Source: Ministeria vibrans ATCC 50519
Lineage: Eukaryota; Protista; Filasterea
Direction of reading: 5' to 3'
DNA length: 32,537 bases
Assembly: GCA_943704425.1 (NCBI GenBank)
Contig: CALSCP010000425.1
Coordinates: forward strand, 74,917-107,453
Shown: in pieces, positions 11,301 to 23,766 of the stretch
Layout of the letters: the number at the start of each line of letters is the position of its first letter
Numbering within the stretch: position 1 is the first letter of the stretch
Notes under the pieces: generated by a model
The model's database searches: none
Seen by the model: only the letters and a program-made list of their open reading frames with translations
Told to the model about the DNA's origin: nothing
Position numbers and translations under genes: made by a program

Positions 11301-12146
11301 TGTTTTTTTACGGTGCGGGGACTGTTCCCGCGACCGCTGTGCCCTTTCTCGTGACGGAACTGCTTTCCGAGGGGAGTCTGCGTGCGTTGCTGAGCGACCA
11401 AACGAAAACGGTGCTGTCGACGGCACAGCGACGTGCCTTTGCCATGCACATTGCCGATGCCATGTGCCACTTGCACTCGCTCGATCTGCTTCATCGCGAT
11501 CTCAAGTGCGACAATGTGTTTGTCACGCGCGTTCATGCCAGTGCGGCGTCGCCGACGGTTGCTGTGCCCCTTGTTGCCAAAGTGGGAGATTTTGGTTGTT
11601 CAACGCTCGTTGGTGGGATTCGCGCGAGCGTCACTGCTGGATTGCGCCAGACGAAGCAATCGAGTGGTGGGGGCGACGCAACGCAGATGGTACTCACCCG
11701 TCGAGTGGGCACTCTGCTTTGGCAAGCGCCTGAGTTGCTGCGTGGCGAGCGCGATTACACCTTTCCTGTCGACGTGTAAGTGGGAGGAGAAGAGAAAGTG
11801 TTCTTGCAATGTTCTGATTTGATTTTGATATCATAATATTATTATGATTGTATATTATTATAATATTATTATAATTATTAATTTGTTTAGGTATAGTTTT
11901 GGAGTGATTTTGTGGGAGCTTGTGACGCGTCGGGTGCCGTACGAAGGGATGTTTGAGACGGTGTGGTCACTGGAGGAGTTTGTGCTTGCTGGTGGACGAC
12001 CGTCGGATGTCGACTGTCCCGTGCCACTGCGGCGCCTCATGGAGCAGTGCTGGTGTGACATGGCCCGTGAGCGTCTGACGTTCAAGGAGATTGTTGAAGC
12101 GTTGCGTTTGCCGTGGGACCACGAGTCTGATCATGTCGTGTTGTAA
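8334..12146 (+). CDS. Single-pass receptor kinase: signal peptide, many Kelch repeats, Cys-rich (GCC2/GCC3-like) module, EGF-like domain, TM helix, TKL-group kinase; introns 9497-9552 and 11776-11890
   Basis: Signal peptide MIVILLLLLITPYSHC; repeated Kelch motifs (VFGG, LFGG, VYGG, LHGG, IAGG followed by W); CQLCPHGTY...CVSCP; CSGHGHC...CTCN...C; TM WGAVILASVGVAVILLGAVVCF then QRRSRR; kinase motifs GAFGEV, VAVK, HRDLKCDN, DFG, GTLLWQAPE, DV|YSFGVILWE. Confidence 0.9.
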
Positions 12147-12326
12147 GTTGTTGTAAAGTATATAATATAACTTGTGGTGTGCTAGCAAAGGAATCATCAT
12201 TAGTCACTAGTCAGTCATTTGTTCCGGTTGTGTTCTTTCGTCACTAATTATTTCTTCTTTTGATATTCGATGATTTCGATCGTGTCATCGATGATCGATC
12301 GAGCATATTTTTTTTTCTTTGCTGTT

Positions 12327-15274
12327 ATGGCGGATGAGGTCTCCACCGTGAGCTTGGACGTGTATGACCAGGATGAACTTGAAGAACAAGTCAATCACAA
12401 CGTACGGTTCCCAAAATGTTCAGTGTCGTTTCGTTTCTCAACGAATGGTTTTCTTTTTGGCAGTTTGATCTGCAGTTCTGGGCGGAGGAGCGCAAGACGC
12501 TTGGGAAGCAGTTGGCAGGCGCTCAACGGGACATTTCACGGTTCAAAGAGGAGATGGTGTCTTTGCGGCGCATTCGACGCGAGCAGGAACGGAGCGGCGA
12601 CGATGCCGAGCGCACCTGCCGCGCCCTGGCCGAGAAGGTGCGCGCCAGGCCCCACGCCCGCCTGTGACGACCCCTTGTTGAGTGTTTGTGTGTAGAAAAG
12701 CCAAGTGAAGGTGCTTGAGGAGCTCGTTACGGAGGCAAAGGAGCGCTTGGCAAAGGGACCCAATGCCGACGAAAGTGGTATATGCAACTCATAGCTCATT
12801 GTGTCTCAGACGCGTTTTGCAGAGGAAACTGAACGTGCGCGACTTATTCGCACCGGTGCATTGACTCCCTTTGGCTCGAGGGTTGTACCGCAGCGAGCTG
12901 CAGCCGCACACGCGTCAGCAGCGACAACGACAACCAGATCGGAGGCACCGCCTAGAGTCCCTGACCATTCACGATCCAAGCGAGTTCCTCGTCGCAAGCG
13001 CATGGTTGTTGATGACGACGANNNNNNNNAGAAGAAGAAGAAGAAGAAGAAGAAGAAGACGAAGGCGAAATAATGAGCGAGCCAAGTGTGTCCGCGTTGC
13101 GGGGCCAGACGAAGCGCCACCAAGAGGACGACTACTTTGAAAAGCGGTACACTGATCGTTTAAAGGTGTGGGCGCGAGCGCGACAGCAGGAACGTGCCGA
13201 GGCGGACCCGGACGCTGGGCGAGTGAAATTGCTCGACGAGGAGTTTGTAGAGTCAGCAAGCGGCTCGCACGAACTCGAAGGGGGCCTGCGTGTGCCGCGC
13301 GAGCTGTGGGACCGCCTATTCCCCTACCAAAAGACGGCGGTGCAGTGGTACTGGGAGTTGCATCGGCAAGGCACCGGTGGCATTTTGGGCGACGAAATGG
13401 GTTTGGGCAAGACAGTGCAGACGATTGCATTTCTTGCGGCATTGCGCTTCTCGCGAGTGGGCGTGAGTCGACGACGACAGGTGTCGCTTGATATAAGTCG
13501 ACGTCGACATGTACAGGAGTTTCAACAGCATGAGTTGGGAGCCGTGTTGATTGTGTGTCCCGCGACCGTGATGGCCCAGTGGGTGGGCGAGTTGCACACC
13601 TGGTGGCCACCATTTCGCGTGTGTGTGCTGCACACGACTGGCTCGTCGGCATCGCGTGTGTCGCGCAGCGACATTGTGAAGCAGGCGATTCGCGGCGCAT
13701 GGGTTGTGCTGACGACCTACCAGGCACTGCAACATGCCGAGGTCACTGCGGCCCCCTGGGCCTACGTGGTGCTCGATGAGGGCCACAAGATTCGCAATCC
13801 CGACGCCAACATCACTCTTGCGTGCAAGAACGTCGACACACCCCACCGCATCATCCTGTCGGGCTCGCCCATTCAAAACAACCTCAAAGAGCTCTGGTCG
13901 CTCTTTGACTTTGTCTATCCGGGTCGTCTCGGCACTCTTCCGGTCTTTCTCAGCGAATTCGCCGTGCCTATCAACCAGGGCGGGTTTGCCAATGCGTCGC
14001 TTGTGCAAGTTCAGACTGCCTACAAGTGTGCCTGTGTCCTCCGTGACGCCGTTCAGCCGTACCTCTTGCGTCGTCTCAAGGCTGACGTCAAGTTGGATCT
14101 GCCCGAAAAGAGAGAACAGGTAAATTTTTCTTTTACTTTTATCGTGCGCCTCTCTTATTTTTATTCTTGGTTTTTTGTCTCGTTTATTCCCTCTTTTTTT
14201 CTCTCTTTCCTCTTTATAGGTAATCTTTTGTCGACTTTCGCCGCAACAACGGGAATATTACGAGAAATTTCTGGGCTCGCGTGAAGTGTCTGAGATTCTG
14301 CAAGGGCGCATCAAGGTGTTTATGGGCATCACGACATTGCGGAAGATTTGCAATCACCCGCATTTGCTGGAGAAGAATCGCGACGAGGCGTTCAAGGGAG
14401 ACGTGTGGTTAGAGAAGAAGCGGAAGCGGAGCAAGCGGGAGGCGGAGGCTGAGGAGGAGGAGGAAGGGTATGGTGGGGTGAACGGGTGGCTGGGCCGTAG
14501 ACCGGGAGATTTGTGTTTGGATTCGGATGAGGAGGAGGAGTACCGACGACGAAAGAGGGGGGGGCGCAAGTGGGGAGATTGGAAGTTGAGTGGCAAGATG
14601 CTAGTGGTTGATTCCCTGGTGCGCAGTTGGGTGAGCGAGGGACATCGTGCGCTCATCTTTTCGCAGTCGGTGCGCATGTTGGACATTCTTGAGCGGTACC
14701 TGAGCGAATCGCATATTTCGTATCTGCGCATGGACGGAAGCACGACAATTGGGTCGCGCCAACAGCTTATTGCGCAGTACAACGGTGACACGTCCATTTT
14801 TGCCTTTCTGCTTACCACTCGTGTCGGTGGGCTCGGCATCAATCTTACCGGTGCTGATCGTGTGCTCATCTACGACCCCGACTGGAACCCCTCCACTGAT
14901 ATTCAAGTAGGATTTTTGATTTTTTTGTGTGTGTGATTTTGTTTAAAAGAGTCAGAGAGAGAGAGAGAGTGTGTGTGTGTGTGAGTGTGCGAATTGTATG
15001 CAGAGTGAATGAGCAGATTTTTTTTCTGAAGTGTGAGAGTGCCTTTACAAACGACTAAAATTCTCTCGCCTACTTGTGGTTTAGGCGCGCGAACGAGCTT
15101 GGCGGATTGGCCAACAGCGACCCGTGACCATTTTCCGGCTGCTCACTGCAGGAACGATTGAGGAGAAGATTTACCATCGACAGATTTTCAAACAGTTTCT
15201 GACCAATCGCATTTTGAAGAATCCAAAGCAAAGGAGATTTTTCAAGGTATGTTAATTAATAATAAATTTATTGA

Positions 15275-15363
<89 letters not shown>

Positions 15364-15716
15364 GAGTAGAGTGTTTTTGTTTTGAGTGTAGTCGAATGAT
15401 CTCCATGAGCTGTTTACGTTGGATTCTGGAAGCAAAGGAGACACTGAGACGGGGGCGCTGTTTGGAGGAGCAGCACAGCCGAAGGAGGAGAAGGAAGGCG
15501 AGAGACGGAAGAGGAAGAGAGAGGAGAGAGAGGAAAAGGAAGGAAACGATGACGATGACAACGAAGAAGGAGAAGGGGGTGGAGAAGAAAGAGAGACGGA
15601 GAGGAAGCGACGCGTGAAGGCAAAGGATGATGCGATATTGAGGGAGTTGCTGAGGAACAATCGAGGGGTATCGAAAGACCAATTGTCGTGTTTATCTTAA
15701 TTCATTCTGTTTTTTC

Positions 15717-15747
<31 letters not shown>

Positions 15748-16380
15748 AGGCACATAGTGCACTTGAACACGATGTGATTATGAGTGCATCGCATGCAGAC
15801 CACGCACTGATTGCGCACGAGGCGACGCAAGTGGCACAGAAGGCGGCTGAACGGCTGCGGGAGAGTCGGCGGGCCGTGTTGTTTGGGCGTGATGAAGAAG
15901 CACGGGGGGTAGGGGTGACATGGACTGGACGCAGTGGAAGTGCAGGGCGGTTTGGGGCGAGCAGGGGTGGTGGCGCGATTGGTAGCGGTGGTGGTGCGAG
16001 TGGGAGTGGCGCATTGTTGGCCAAAGTGCGCGCACGACAGAGCAGCAATGCAATGGCCACCCAGCGCGCAACAGACCTCACCGAGAGTGATCGAATGGTG
16101 CTCTTGCGCGACCTTACGAGCTATTTGCAGGGAGTGCGAGGCACTGCGACCACTGACCAGCTTATCAGTCGCTTTCAGGCGCGTGTGCCTCCCGGCCAGT
16201 CTCTCGTCTTTAAGGCGCTTCTCAAAGTACTGAACTAGAGAGCTGCATATACATATATATAATATACGTGTGTGTGCGCGAGTGTCTGTGATTGTGTTCT
16301 AAGTGAACGCTTTTGTTGTATAGGAAGTTGCGACTTTTGATAAGAAGAAGCGACTGTGGAATCTGAAGGAAGGCCTATAA
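12327..16380 (+). CDS. ERCC6: ERCC6/CSB (Rad26) SNF2-family transcription-coupled repair ATPase, multi-exon, spanning an N gap
   Basis: CSB-specific motifs [102 protein letters not shown]|[14 protein letters not shown], and a C-terminal winged-helix ending ...FKALLK|[18 protein letters not shown] (TAA 16378-16380). Confidence 0.95.
13022..13058. other. Assembly gap (8 N) followed by a (GAA)n run encoding the acidic tract of CSB
   Basis: N's at 13022-13029. The frame after the gap reads EEEE...DEGEIMSEP into ORF 13073, so the apparent frameshift most likely comes from an arbitrary gap length. Confidence 0.85.
15278..15362. repeat. (GT)n microsatellite in an ERCC6 intron
   Basis: Directly visible. 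A shorter (GT)n occurs at about 15718-15744 in the next intron. Confidence 0.95.
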
Positions 16381-16424
16381 AACCGTTAATAATAAGTATA
16401 ATAGAGAATATTTATTGTATGATA

Positions 16425-16457
<33 letters not shown>

Positions 16458-16566
16458 GACACTATTTCGAATACTAATAATTTTGTTCGACTTGAAACAT
16501 TCAACATAAGACCATGATCAGGAAAAAAAAAAACCAAAAAAATATTACTACAAAACATGTCATTCA

Positions 16567-17261
16567 TCAAATGAGCTTCCGCTCCTGGAGCACAGCCTTG
16601 AGCTGGGCATACGCCTGGTCCAGGTTGTCGTTGACCAGCACGGCATGGAAGGCCCCCTCTTCGGCGCTGTACTTCATTTCCTCGACAGCCGTGTCCAGTC
16701 GCAGCTTAAGCGACTGCTCTGTCTCCGTTCCGCGTTTCATCAGTCGCTCTTTGAGCGCCTCAATCGACGGCGGCTGCACAAACACATAGGTGGGGCTGAT
16801 CTCAGACGACTTCTTGATGGTGCGCACGCCCTGCGCGTCAATGTCCAGCACGCAGACGAGATTGCGGTTGAGGACATCGTGCACCGCCGAGAAACTCGTG
16901 CCGTACAGGTTCCCACTGAAGCAGGCGCTCTCAATGAACATGCCGGCCGCGACATTGGCCTTCATCGTCTCCACATCGACAAAATGGTACTCGCGGCCGT
17001 CCTCTTCGCCTGCGCGAGGCGATCGCGTTGTGTCTACGCAGCGCAACTGTGTCACGCCGTCACGGCAAAAAGAAGGCGAAACTTACGGGAAACGGAGAAG
17101 CCAAAGACACCCGGGTGCTCCTCAAAGAGCTTCTTCAGTATGGTGGACTTGCCGACGCCCGAGGGGCCGCAGATGACAAAGACTACAAAGGGATTGTCAG
17201 TTGGCGCGCTCGACAGCACTGCGGCGTGCTTGCCTCTGCTTGCGGCTGCTTCTTGAGCCAT
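16567..17261 (-). CDS. GUK1: Guanylate kinase; intron 17034-17086
   Basis: [17 protein letters not shown]|[70 protein letters not shown]. Confidence 0.96.
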
Positions 17262-17623
17262 GGTGCGTGTGAACAGGGAGGTGCAGGTGCGGCTTGAAGC
17301 GTGGACACGGAGCGCCCTTGTGCAGACTGACAGGAGCGGCGTCGTGAAAATTGTGACTGAGAAATGAGTTAATCATTAGTGACTCACGATGAGTTTGTAA
17401 TCAGTGTTAAAAATAGAAACATGACATTTCGAATTTGGGTCAATTCCGACTGATTGCAGTTGCACGTGGTCTGTCTTGAATTTTCTTGAATTCTTGATTG
17501 TCTTCTGAGTCTGGATATCAGGAATAGATCACAATTTAAAAATCAGACAAATTTCGTCGACAAACAAACGATTCATCAATCCACGTCCAAACACAAAAGA
17601 TTGTTTCATTCCTCCATCTCTCT

Positions 17624-20284
17624 CTACAAACAGTCCTCAACACAGACAAACGCGGCCTTTCCAATATTGACACGAAGCATCTCGTCGAGTGTGACTTTGG
17701 TGTGTCGCGCAATACGTTCAAGCGCACTCGTTCGACTCAGACCCAAAGACCCTAAGCATATATATTATTCGGCGATTCTGTCCAGTGTGTTCTCTCTCAC
17801 ATACCCAAAATGGCGGAATTGAGTTGGTCTGCAATTGGTTCTCTCTGCTTAGGGTCAAGCAAATGAGCCATTGGACTTTGGTACGGATCAGAATACGCTA
17901 AAAGAGAGTACGCATCCTAAACATAAAGAAACAAGGCGATAAAGAAACAAAGCGTTAAAGAAACAAAGGGTTAAAGAAACAAAGGGTTAAAGAAACAAAG
18001 GGTTAAAGAAACAAAGGAATAAAGAAACAAACGAATAAAATAAAAACAAAATACAATTAAAATAAATTACTGACATTCAGCAGAGTCTTATTGGCCTGAG
18101 CAGTGACTGGATCTGCGCTGCTGCCCCTCTCAAACAGTTCCCTCAATCGCATTCCACACTCCAAAACCTAAACATTTTGTCAAATGTCAGTACACGCTTG
18201 AAAAACAAGTAAAAAGTTTTTGTGAAACGGACTGTGTTAACATGTGATTCTGCGTTTTCAGGCGATTTTCGCGCAATGAGCTCAATAAACACCCGACAGT
18301 GCAATTGGAAAAGCAGTGAATGGTCTACTGTCTCACTCGTGCCCGTCAACACTCCCTAAAACCCAATAATTCATCATTTTGTTTTGGTCTTTGGAAATTA
18401 TTGGGCTTTACCGGAAAATGTTCGTTTGTGACCGCAATCGCTCGTTCGATATTTCCTTCTAAGATACTCTTCCGGATTTCTAAAACAAGTTCATTTTAAT
18501 TTCAGTTCAATTTTTGGAATAATCACACTCGACCATAATGTTGTTTTTGTTTCACGTTTCATCTCAATTAGTCACAGTCAAACACACATACACAAATCAA
18601 TTAATTATATATATATATATATACCTTTTCTGGGATCAATCGAGAGAGCAGAAGGCGGCAACTGCGCATCAGTTGCGCTGGCAAAGACCCGTACGGTCTC
18701 ACTGAATCCATTGTGCGCCAAATACGACTCAACCACTTTCGACATAATCCCTATCAATAAAATGGGGATTATTACAATGAGGATCAAAGGCACTCACTTC
18801 AGAGAGAAGTGTCACTTGGTACACAAGCAAAATACAATCAAAATAAAAATACAAAAGAAACATGAACATGAAACACTCAAAGAGAAGCACAATAAGACAA
18901 TTGACAATTTTGCACGACACAAACAACGAATCGCATGACACCACAAAGAATCCACTAAGATACACACAGCGAACAAAATGCATTAGCGTCGTACCTTGCA
19001 CCGACCGGTCTCTCCCAAACACGCCAGCTAGACTCTGCGCATAAATTGCACTCTGCACTTTCCCTCTCATCTCCCCAATCAGTCCCGATATGTCATACTT
19101 GAACGCCCGTTCCCCAAAATTCCCCTAAAAATCATCATTAATTCACAAAAAAAAGATTACTACCACTCTCTATAATTTAAGTCACAATAATAATAATTAT
19201 TAATATTAGTTCAGCATAAATTCAACACGTCAAAGAACTCCAATAACATTAATAATTTTCTTACTTCGACAATTTCTCCGCACGTTCTCATTCCCACACA
19301 CGGAAACAAGTTAGGCATCAGATTGCGAAAGGCAGTGCCCAACAATACTCCGTTCTTCGTGTAAAAACACGAATTGTCCACAAAATTCACTCCGCACCCA
19401 ATTGTGTCGTTGGTCGTAAATTGCGGCCCAAATGCATTTCCTATCATATTTTTTCGGGTCAATACACATTCCATTATATGTATATATGTTGTGGGCTGCC
19501 TGACCTGTTGATGAAGCGTGAAAGGCGTTTCCGTCGTCGCCATGGTAGCCGTAGCTGTTCTCTTCCCAGCCGGGAAGTCTGTTGAGTGACGCAGATTGAG
19601 TGCACAGTCCAATTCCAATGTAGCCGTGTCGTCCGCGGTTGAGCACCGTCACTTCAAAGTAGAACAGGCCGCAGGAGGACGGGATGGGGTGGTTGCCGCG
19701 TGCACATGCTGCGTCCATGTCGCTCTTGCCGGCTCCTGAGAGAGAGAGATGAGAGAGAGAGAGTGAAACGATTAATGGTCCGTTTCTGGGGGTCTCATAC
19801 TCCTCGTCGCGCTACTGTGTTTGTACCATTGTAGTGGACTCGAAGGGTGCCGTGTGACAGGTCGAGGTGGTTAAACTTGTCTTTTGGGTTGAACCCTAAA
19901 CGATACAAAAATGTCTTGTCAGAGACGAAACGAACCAGAATCGACAATGCACAAAACGAAGGCATCTGACGCCTCAAGGACGGCTGGAGAAGACCAGCAC
20001 ATGTACGTATGCGACCAATCAACGCACAGCAGCGGTCAATATTAGGCCAAAGAGAACGAAAGGGCAAAAGAGAAACGTTTGACGCCAATTCGACGAATTC
20101 CATCGACCTCTCGCGGCCCTGTCGCACCCCCAGCAAGCAGCAAACAGCAACATCCAGCCCTGCGCGGGAGTGGGTGGGGTGTGAGAGTGGCGCAGTGCGC
20201 TGTACCGGTCGGAAGAGGCGTCACGGCCGGATCCAGCTCGGGATAGAGCGTTTTCTGTAGCGCCGTGTAGCGAGGGGGCTCCAT
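17624..20284 (-). CDS. RANBP9: Ran-binding protein 9/10 (Gid1/RanBPM; SPRY-LisH-CTLH-CRA), CTLH/GID E3 complex scaffold, multi-exon
   Basis: [70 protein letters not shown], Lis[28 protein letters not shown]...[32 protein letters not shown]...[15 protein letters not shown]-terminus [13 protein letters not shown] (stop 17624-17626). Confidence 0.93.
17924..18035. repeat. 16-bp minisatellite (TAAAGAAACAAAGGGT-like, about 7 copies) in a RanBP9 intron
   Basis: Units start at about 17924, 17940, 17956, 17972, 17988, 18004 and 18020. Confidence 0.85.
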
Positions 20285-20425
20285 ATCAAGCGGAGCCAAA
20301 GCAAAGGAGAACACTAACAAAAAGATGTGAAAGAAACTGAAAAATAGTGAAAATCATAATCATTCGTCATCTTTTTAGATCAGTGAAAAGCAGAATAGGA
20401 TATTTAACTCATTACCTTTCCTGAA
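20285..20425. promoter_or_regulatory. Probable bidirectional promoter between divergent RanBP9 and TFIP11
   Basis: Only 141 nt of AT-rich sequence separates the two divergent start codons (20284 on -, 20426 on +). Confidence 0.6.
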
Positions 20426-22938
20426 ATGGACTCCGATACAGAGTTCGTGCCACACGAGGTGCTTCAGGAGCTGAGACGCAAGCGGCCGCGCCGGGGCCAG
20501 TCGCGCGACCAGCGAATGCTCGGCGTGTTCTCGCGCGACGACGACGACGACGACGGTGGTGGGTATGGCGGGGCGGGGCTGGGCATGGGCCGCGGTGGCG
20601 ACAGTAGCAGTGACGATGGCGACGCTGGCGAGTACGCGGCGGCCCCGGCTTCGGCTGCAGCGGCAGCAGGAGCACCGCGTTCAAAGTTCGTCGCTGCAAC
20701 GACCACTGCTCCCTCCAGCGGCAACGGCAGCGACAAGCCTGCCAAGCGAAGCACCGGGGGTGGCAGCACGTCTCGCAGAAAAGATGACAGTGCTGGCGGC
20801 GTCGTTGCGGCGGCCAAGTGGGAGAAACACACAAAGGGAGTCGGTTCGAAACTGCTGGCGAAAATGGGGTACACTGGTGGCGGTCTGGGGCGCGAAAGAA
20901 CAGGCATTGCGTCCGCGATCGAAGTCAAGCTGCGTCCGGCACGCGCTGGGCTTGGTGCAGCAGGCGACGAACGCACCAAGAGCGAAGTAAACTCAGAATG
21001 TACTACAGACAAATGACAGAGCGTGACACCATTTTTTCTTCTTCTTTTTTGCAGCGACGTGCCGCTCGACCGGGCAGCGACGACGAGCGAGAAGAAGAGT
21101 TTCAAGACGAACTGGCGACGTTGCGTAGCACCGGACGAGTAGGAGGCAGCAGCGGCGAACGTCGACACAAGCAGAAGATCTCATTTCGCAGTGCAGCGAG
21201 CGTCGCGGCCGAAGCAGCCGGTCAGCCGTCGGCTGTTGCGTCGTCCATCTCCTCTTCGACGCCGCTCATTGACATGTCGGCGCCTGGTGGTGCGCGTGTG
21301 CTCTCGGGCTACGACAACATTGCAACGATGACGGCACAGCAACAGCAGCAGGCACTGCAGGAGAGCAGTACGGGCGAGGTGAGTCGTTCCGTTCCCGAAC
21401 TCGTACACAACCTGCGATTGCTTGTGGACCTTGCCGAACACGACGTGCAACAGTTGGGACGTCGTATTCGTGCCGATCGCGACGCCATGGTAGCGACTCG
21501 TGCGCAGCTGGAGCGGGCCACAACCAAGGCAGAGAGTGAGACGGCACGACTCGACCGAGTCGAGGAGGTCCAGAAACTACTGCACATGTGCAGTGAGCGT
21601 GATCTCAGTGCCACAGCTCTGTACGAGTTGTGCCAGCTGTTGCAATCGCGCTACCCCGAAGAGTATCGTGTGCTCGACGTGAAGCGGGTTGTGTTGGCAC
21701 TGGTGGTGGCGCGTGAGCAACGCGACATGAGCCAGTGGTCGCCGTTGGAAGAGCCCGCAGAGCACATTGCACGCTGGCGACGCTGGCGGAGTGTGTTGGA
21801 CAACGATCGCAATTGCATTGTGGTGCCGGAGAGTAGTAGAAATGGCACAGTCAGTAGTGAGGGTGATGGTGATGGCGAGGGAGGGGAAGGGGACACGACG
21901 GAGACGGTGTACGCCTTGTTGGCCTGGCACGTCTGGTTTCCACTGGTGCGACCTGCGCTTACGGCATGTTCGACGCGCGATGGGCGTGCTGCCGTGCTGC
22001 TGGAACACTGGGTGGAGGTGGTGCCGCTGTGGATCGGAGTGCTCTGTGCGGAAATCGTGTGTCCAAAGTTGGAGAAGGCAGTGGAGCTGTGGAGTGCCCA
22101 GACCAGCGCGGAGGGCACGCCCGACTGGCTGTTGGCCTGGCTGCCACTGCTGGGCGACCGACTGCCACTCAAAACGGTTGCAAGGAAGCTTGCCAATGCG
22201 TTGCTGGAGTGCCCTCTGGGCGATGCGGATGCGGTTGCCTCAGTGTTGCCATGGAAACAGGTGTTCAGTCGTCGTGACATGAGTTCTCTTGTGCGTGTGA
22301 TTGTGCCTCGCTTGCAAATGGAGCTCACGGAAATGGATGTGAGTCCTGCCTCGCGCGATCTTTCGCCCTTTCGCTGGCTTCTCAAATGGCTTCCGGTCAT
22401 TGGCCAGCGTCAAGTGGTCTCTCTGCTCGACGAATCATTCTTCCCGCGCTTTCTCGCTGTGCTCGCACACTGGCTCCAGCAGCCACAGGTCGACTATGAC
22501 CAAGTCACCCGCTGGTTCCTCGACTGGAAAGCCGTCTTTCCGGACTCGCTTCTCAGCCACGAGCGGATCAAGCAGTACTTCACTCGCGCACTGGACCTTA
22601 TGAACCGCGCAGTGGACCCCGACGCCGCAATGCCCGAGCCCACTGAACCTCCACCCTCGCGAACTTCACTCGCACCGACCGCTTTCACACATCCATCGAC
22701 CGCCATGGCTTCGTTCCGCGACACAGTGCAGTCGCTCGCAGATGCACACGGGCTGCTCTTCATGCCCTTACCCAACCGTCGCCAAGACGGCCATCAAGTC
22801 TTCTCGCTCGGCTCGGGCGCCACCGCCCGTTCTCTTCTGCTCTATCTCGATCGAGCCGTTGCCTTTGTCTACTCCTCCGATCGCAGAAAGTGGCTACCCA
22901 CCCCACTTGACAAGCTCATCGACTTGGCCTCTGTATAG
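20426..22938 (+). CDS. TFIP11: Tuftelin-interacting protein 11 (Ntr1/Spp382; G-patch plus GCFC), spliceosome disassembly factor; intron 20987-21054
   Basis: N-terminal QSRDQRMLGVF; G-patch WEKHTKGVGSKLLAKMGYTGGGLG...IEVKLRP...GLG; VPELVHNLRLLVD; FFPRFLAVLAHWL..VDYDQVTRWFLDWK; F.RALDLMNRAV. Confidence 0.94.
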
Positions 22939-23766
22939 TGCAAGATTATTTTTATTCTTTCATTCTTTCGCCCACTGGAGAAAATTCTCTCGGCACCCTC
23001 TGGTGCTCATACAGAATACCCAATTCTCTCTCAATCGCGCTCTCACCCTTTCCCTCTCGCAACATTGCACTCCGCACACACTCACTGTACACACTCTTCC
23101 AGGTCGATGCCAACACAGTGCCAGTGAACTCGGAAGAGTGACATCGGCGTAAGTGTTTCCGCAGACTGCCGGCCGTTGACACTGAGTGCGAGCAGATGGC
23201 ACATCGAGTGCGATACACACTCAGCACATGAAAAAAACGCACCAACGTCACTCGGCGGATCCGTCCGACATCATCAGTTCCATGTTGGAGGCGTATGCCC
23301 GGCCCGCTGCCACAGCGACACGCTCCTACGGTTCGCTCATGCGAAAACAAAAACAATTGTCATTTCGTCTCTCTGACTTACTTTGAAGTTTGAACTTACT
23401 TCTTCTATTTACTGTCTCTTACCTCTTCTGATATTATTTTTACTCTCTGATGCCGAAAAGGCCAACCAACGGCCAACGAGTCCTTACTCCTGTTAACTTG
23501 GAGGTCTGACTGGAGAAGGATCACTTTGATCAACATTAGTTTGGTCACGATCAGAATCAATCAATTATTGAATGCCCGTATTGCCTGAATTCCGTTGACC
23601 GTTTAATGTGTAATTGTGTATATGAATGTAATTTGGGCCTTGGGGTTATTATCATTATCATTCTTTTTATTCTCAATTCCGAGGGATATTCATTAATAAT
23701 TATTCTCCTCGAATCTCGATCTCGATCACTATTCACCGGAACTCGGCAGTCGGCACTCCTTTTACG

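Noticed and set aside
13020-13075. Apparent frameshift or premature stop in ERCC6 (pseudogene or programmed frameshift)
   Set aside because: It coincides with an 8-N assembly gap in a GAA repeat, and the gap length is arbitrary.
16645-17256. Long antisense ORFs over guanylate kinase (and similar ones over ERCC6, TFIP11 and the kinase)
   Set aside because: These are shadow ORFs from GC-rich codon usage opposite well-supported genes.
17380-17386. AP-1/Gcn4-like TGACTCA upstream of guanylate kinase
   Set aside because: A single 7-mer is expected by chance in 32 kb.
23215-23330. U3 or C/D snoRNA-like order of GAGCGTG, TGATGA and CTGA on the minus strand
   Set aside because: No recognisable U3 5' boxes A/A', no convincing terminal stem or rRNA guide; an Rfam scan would be needed.
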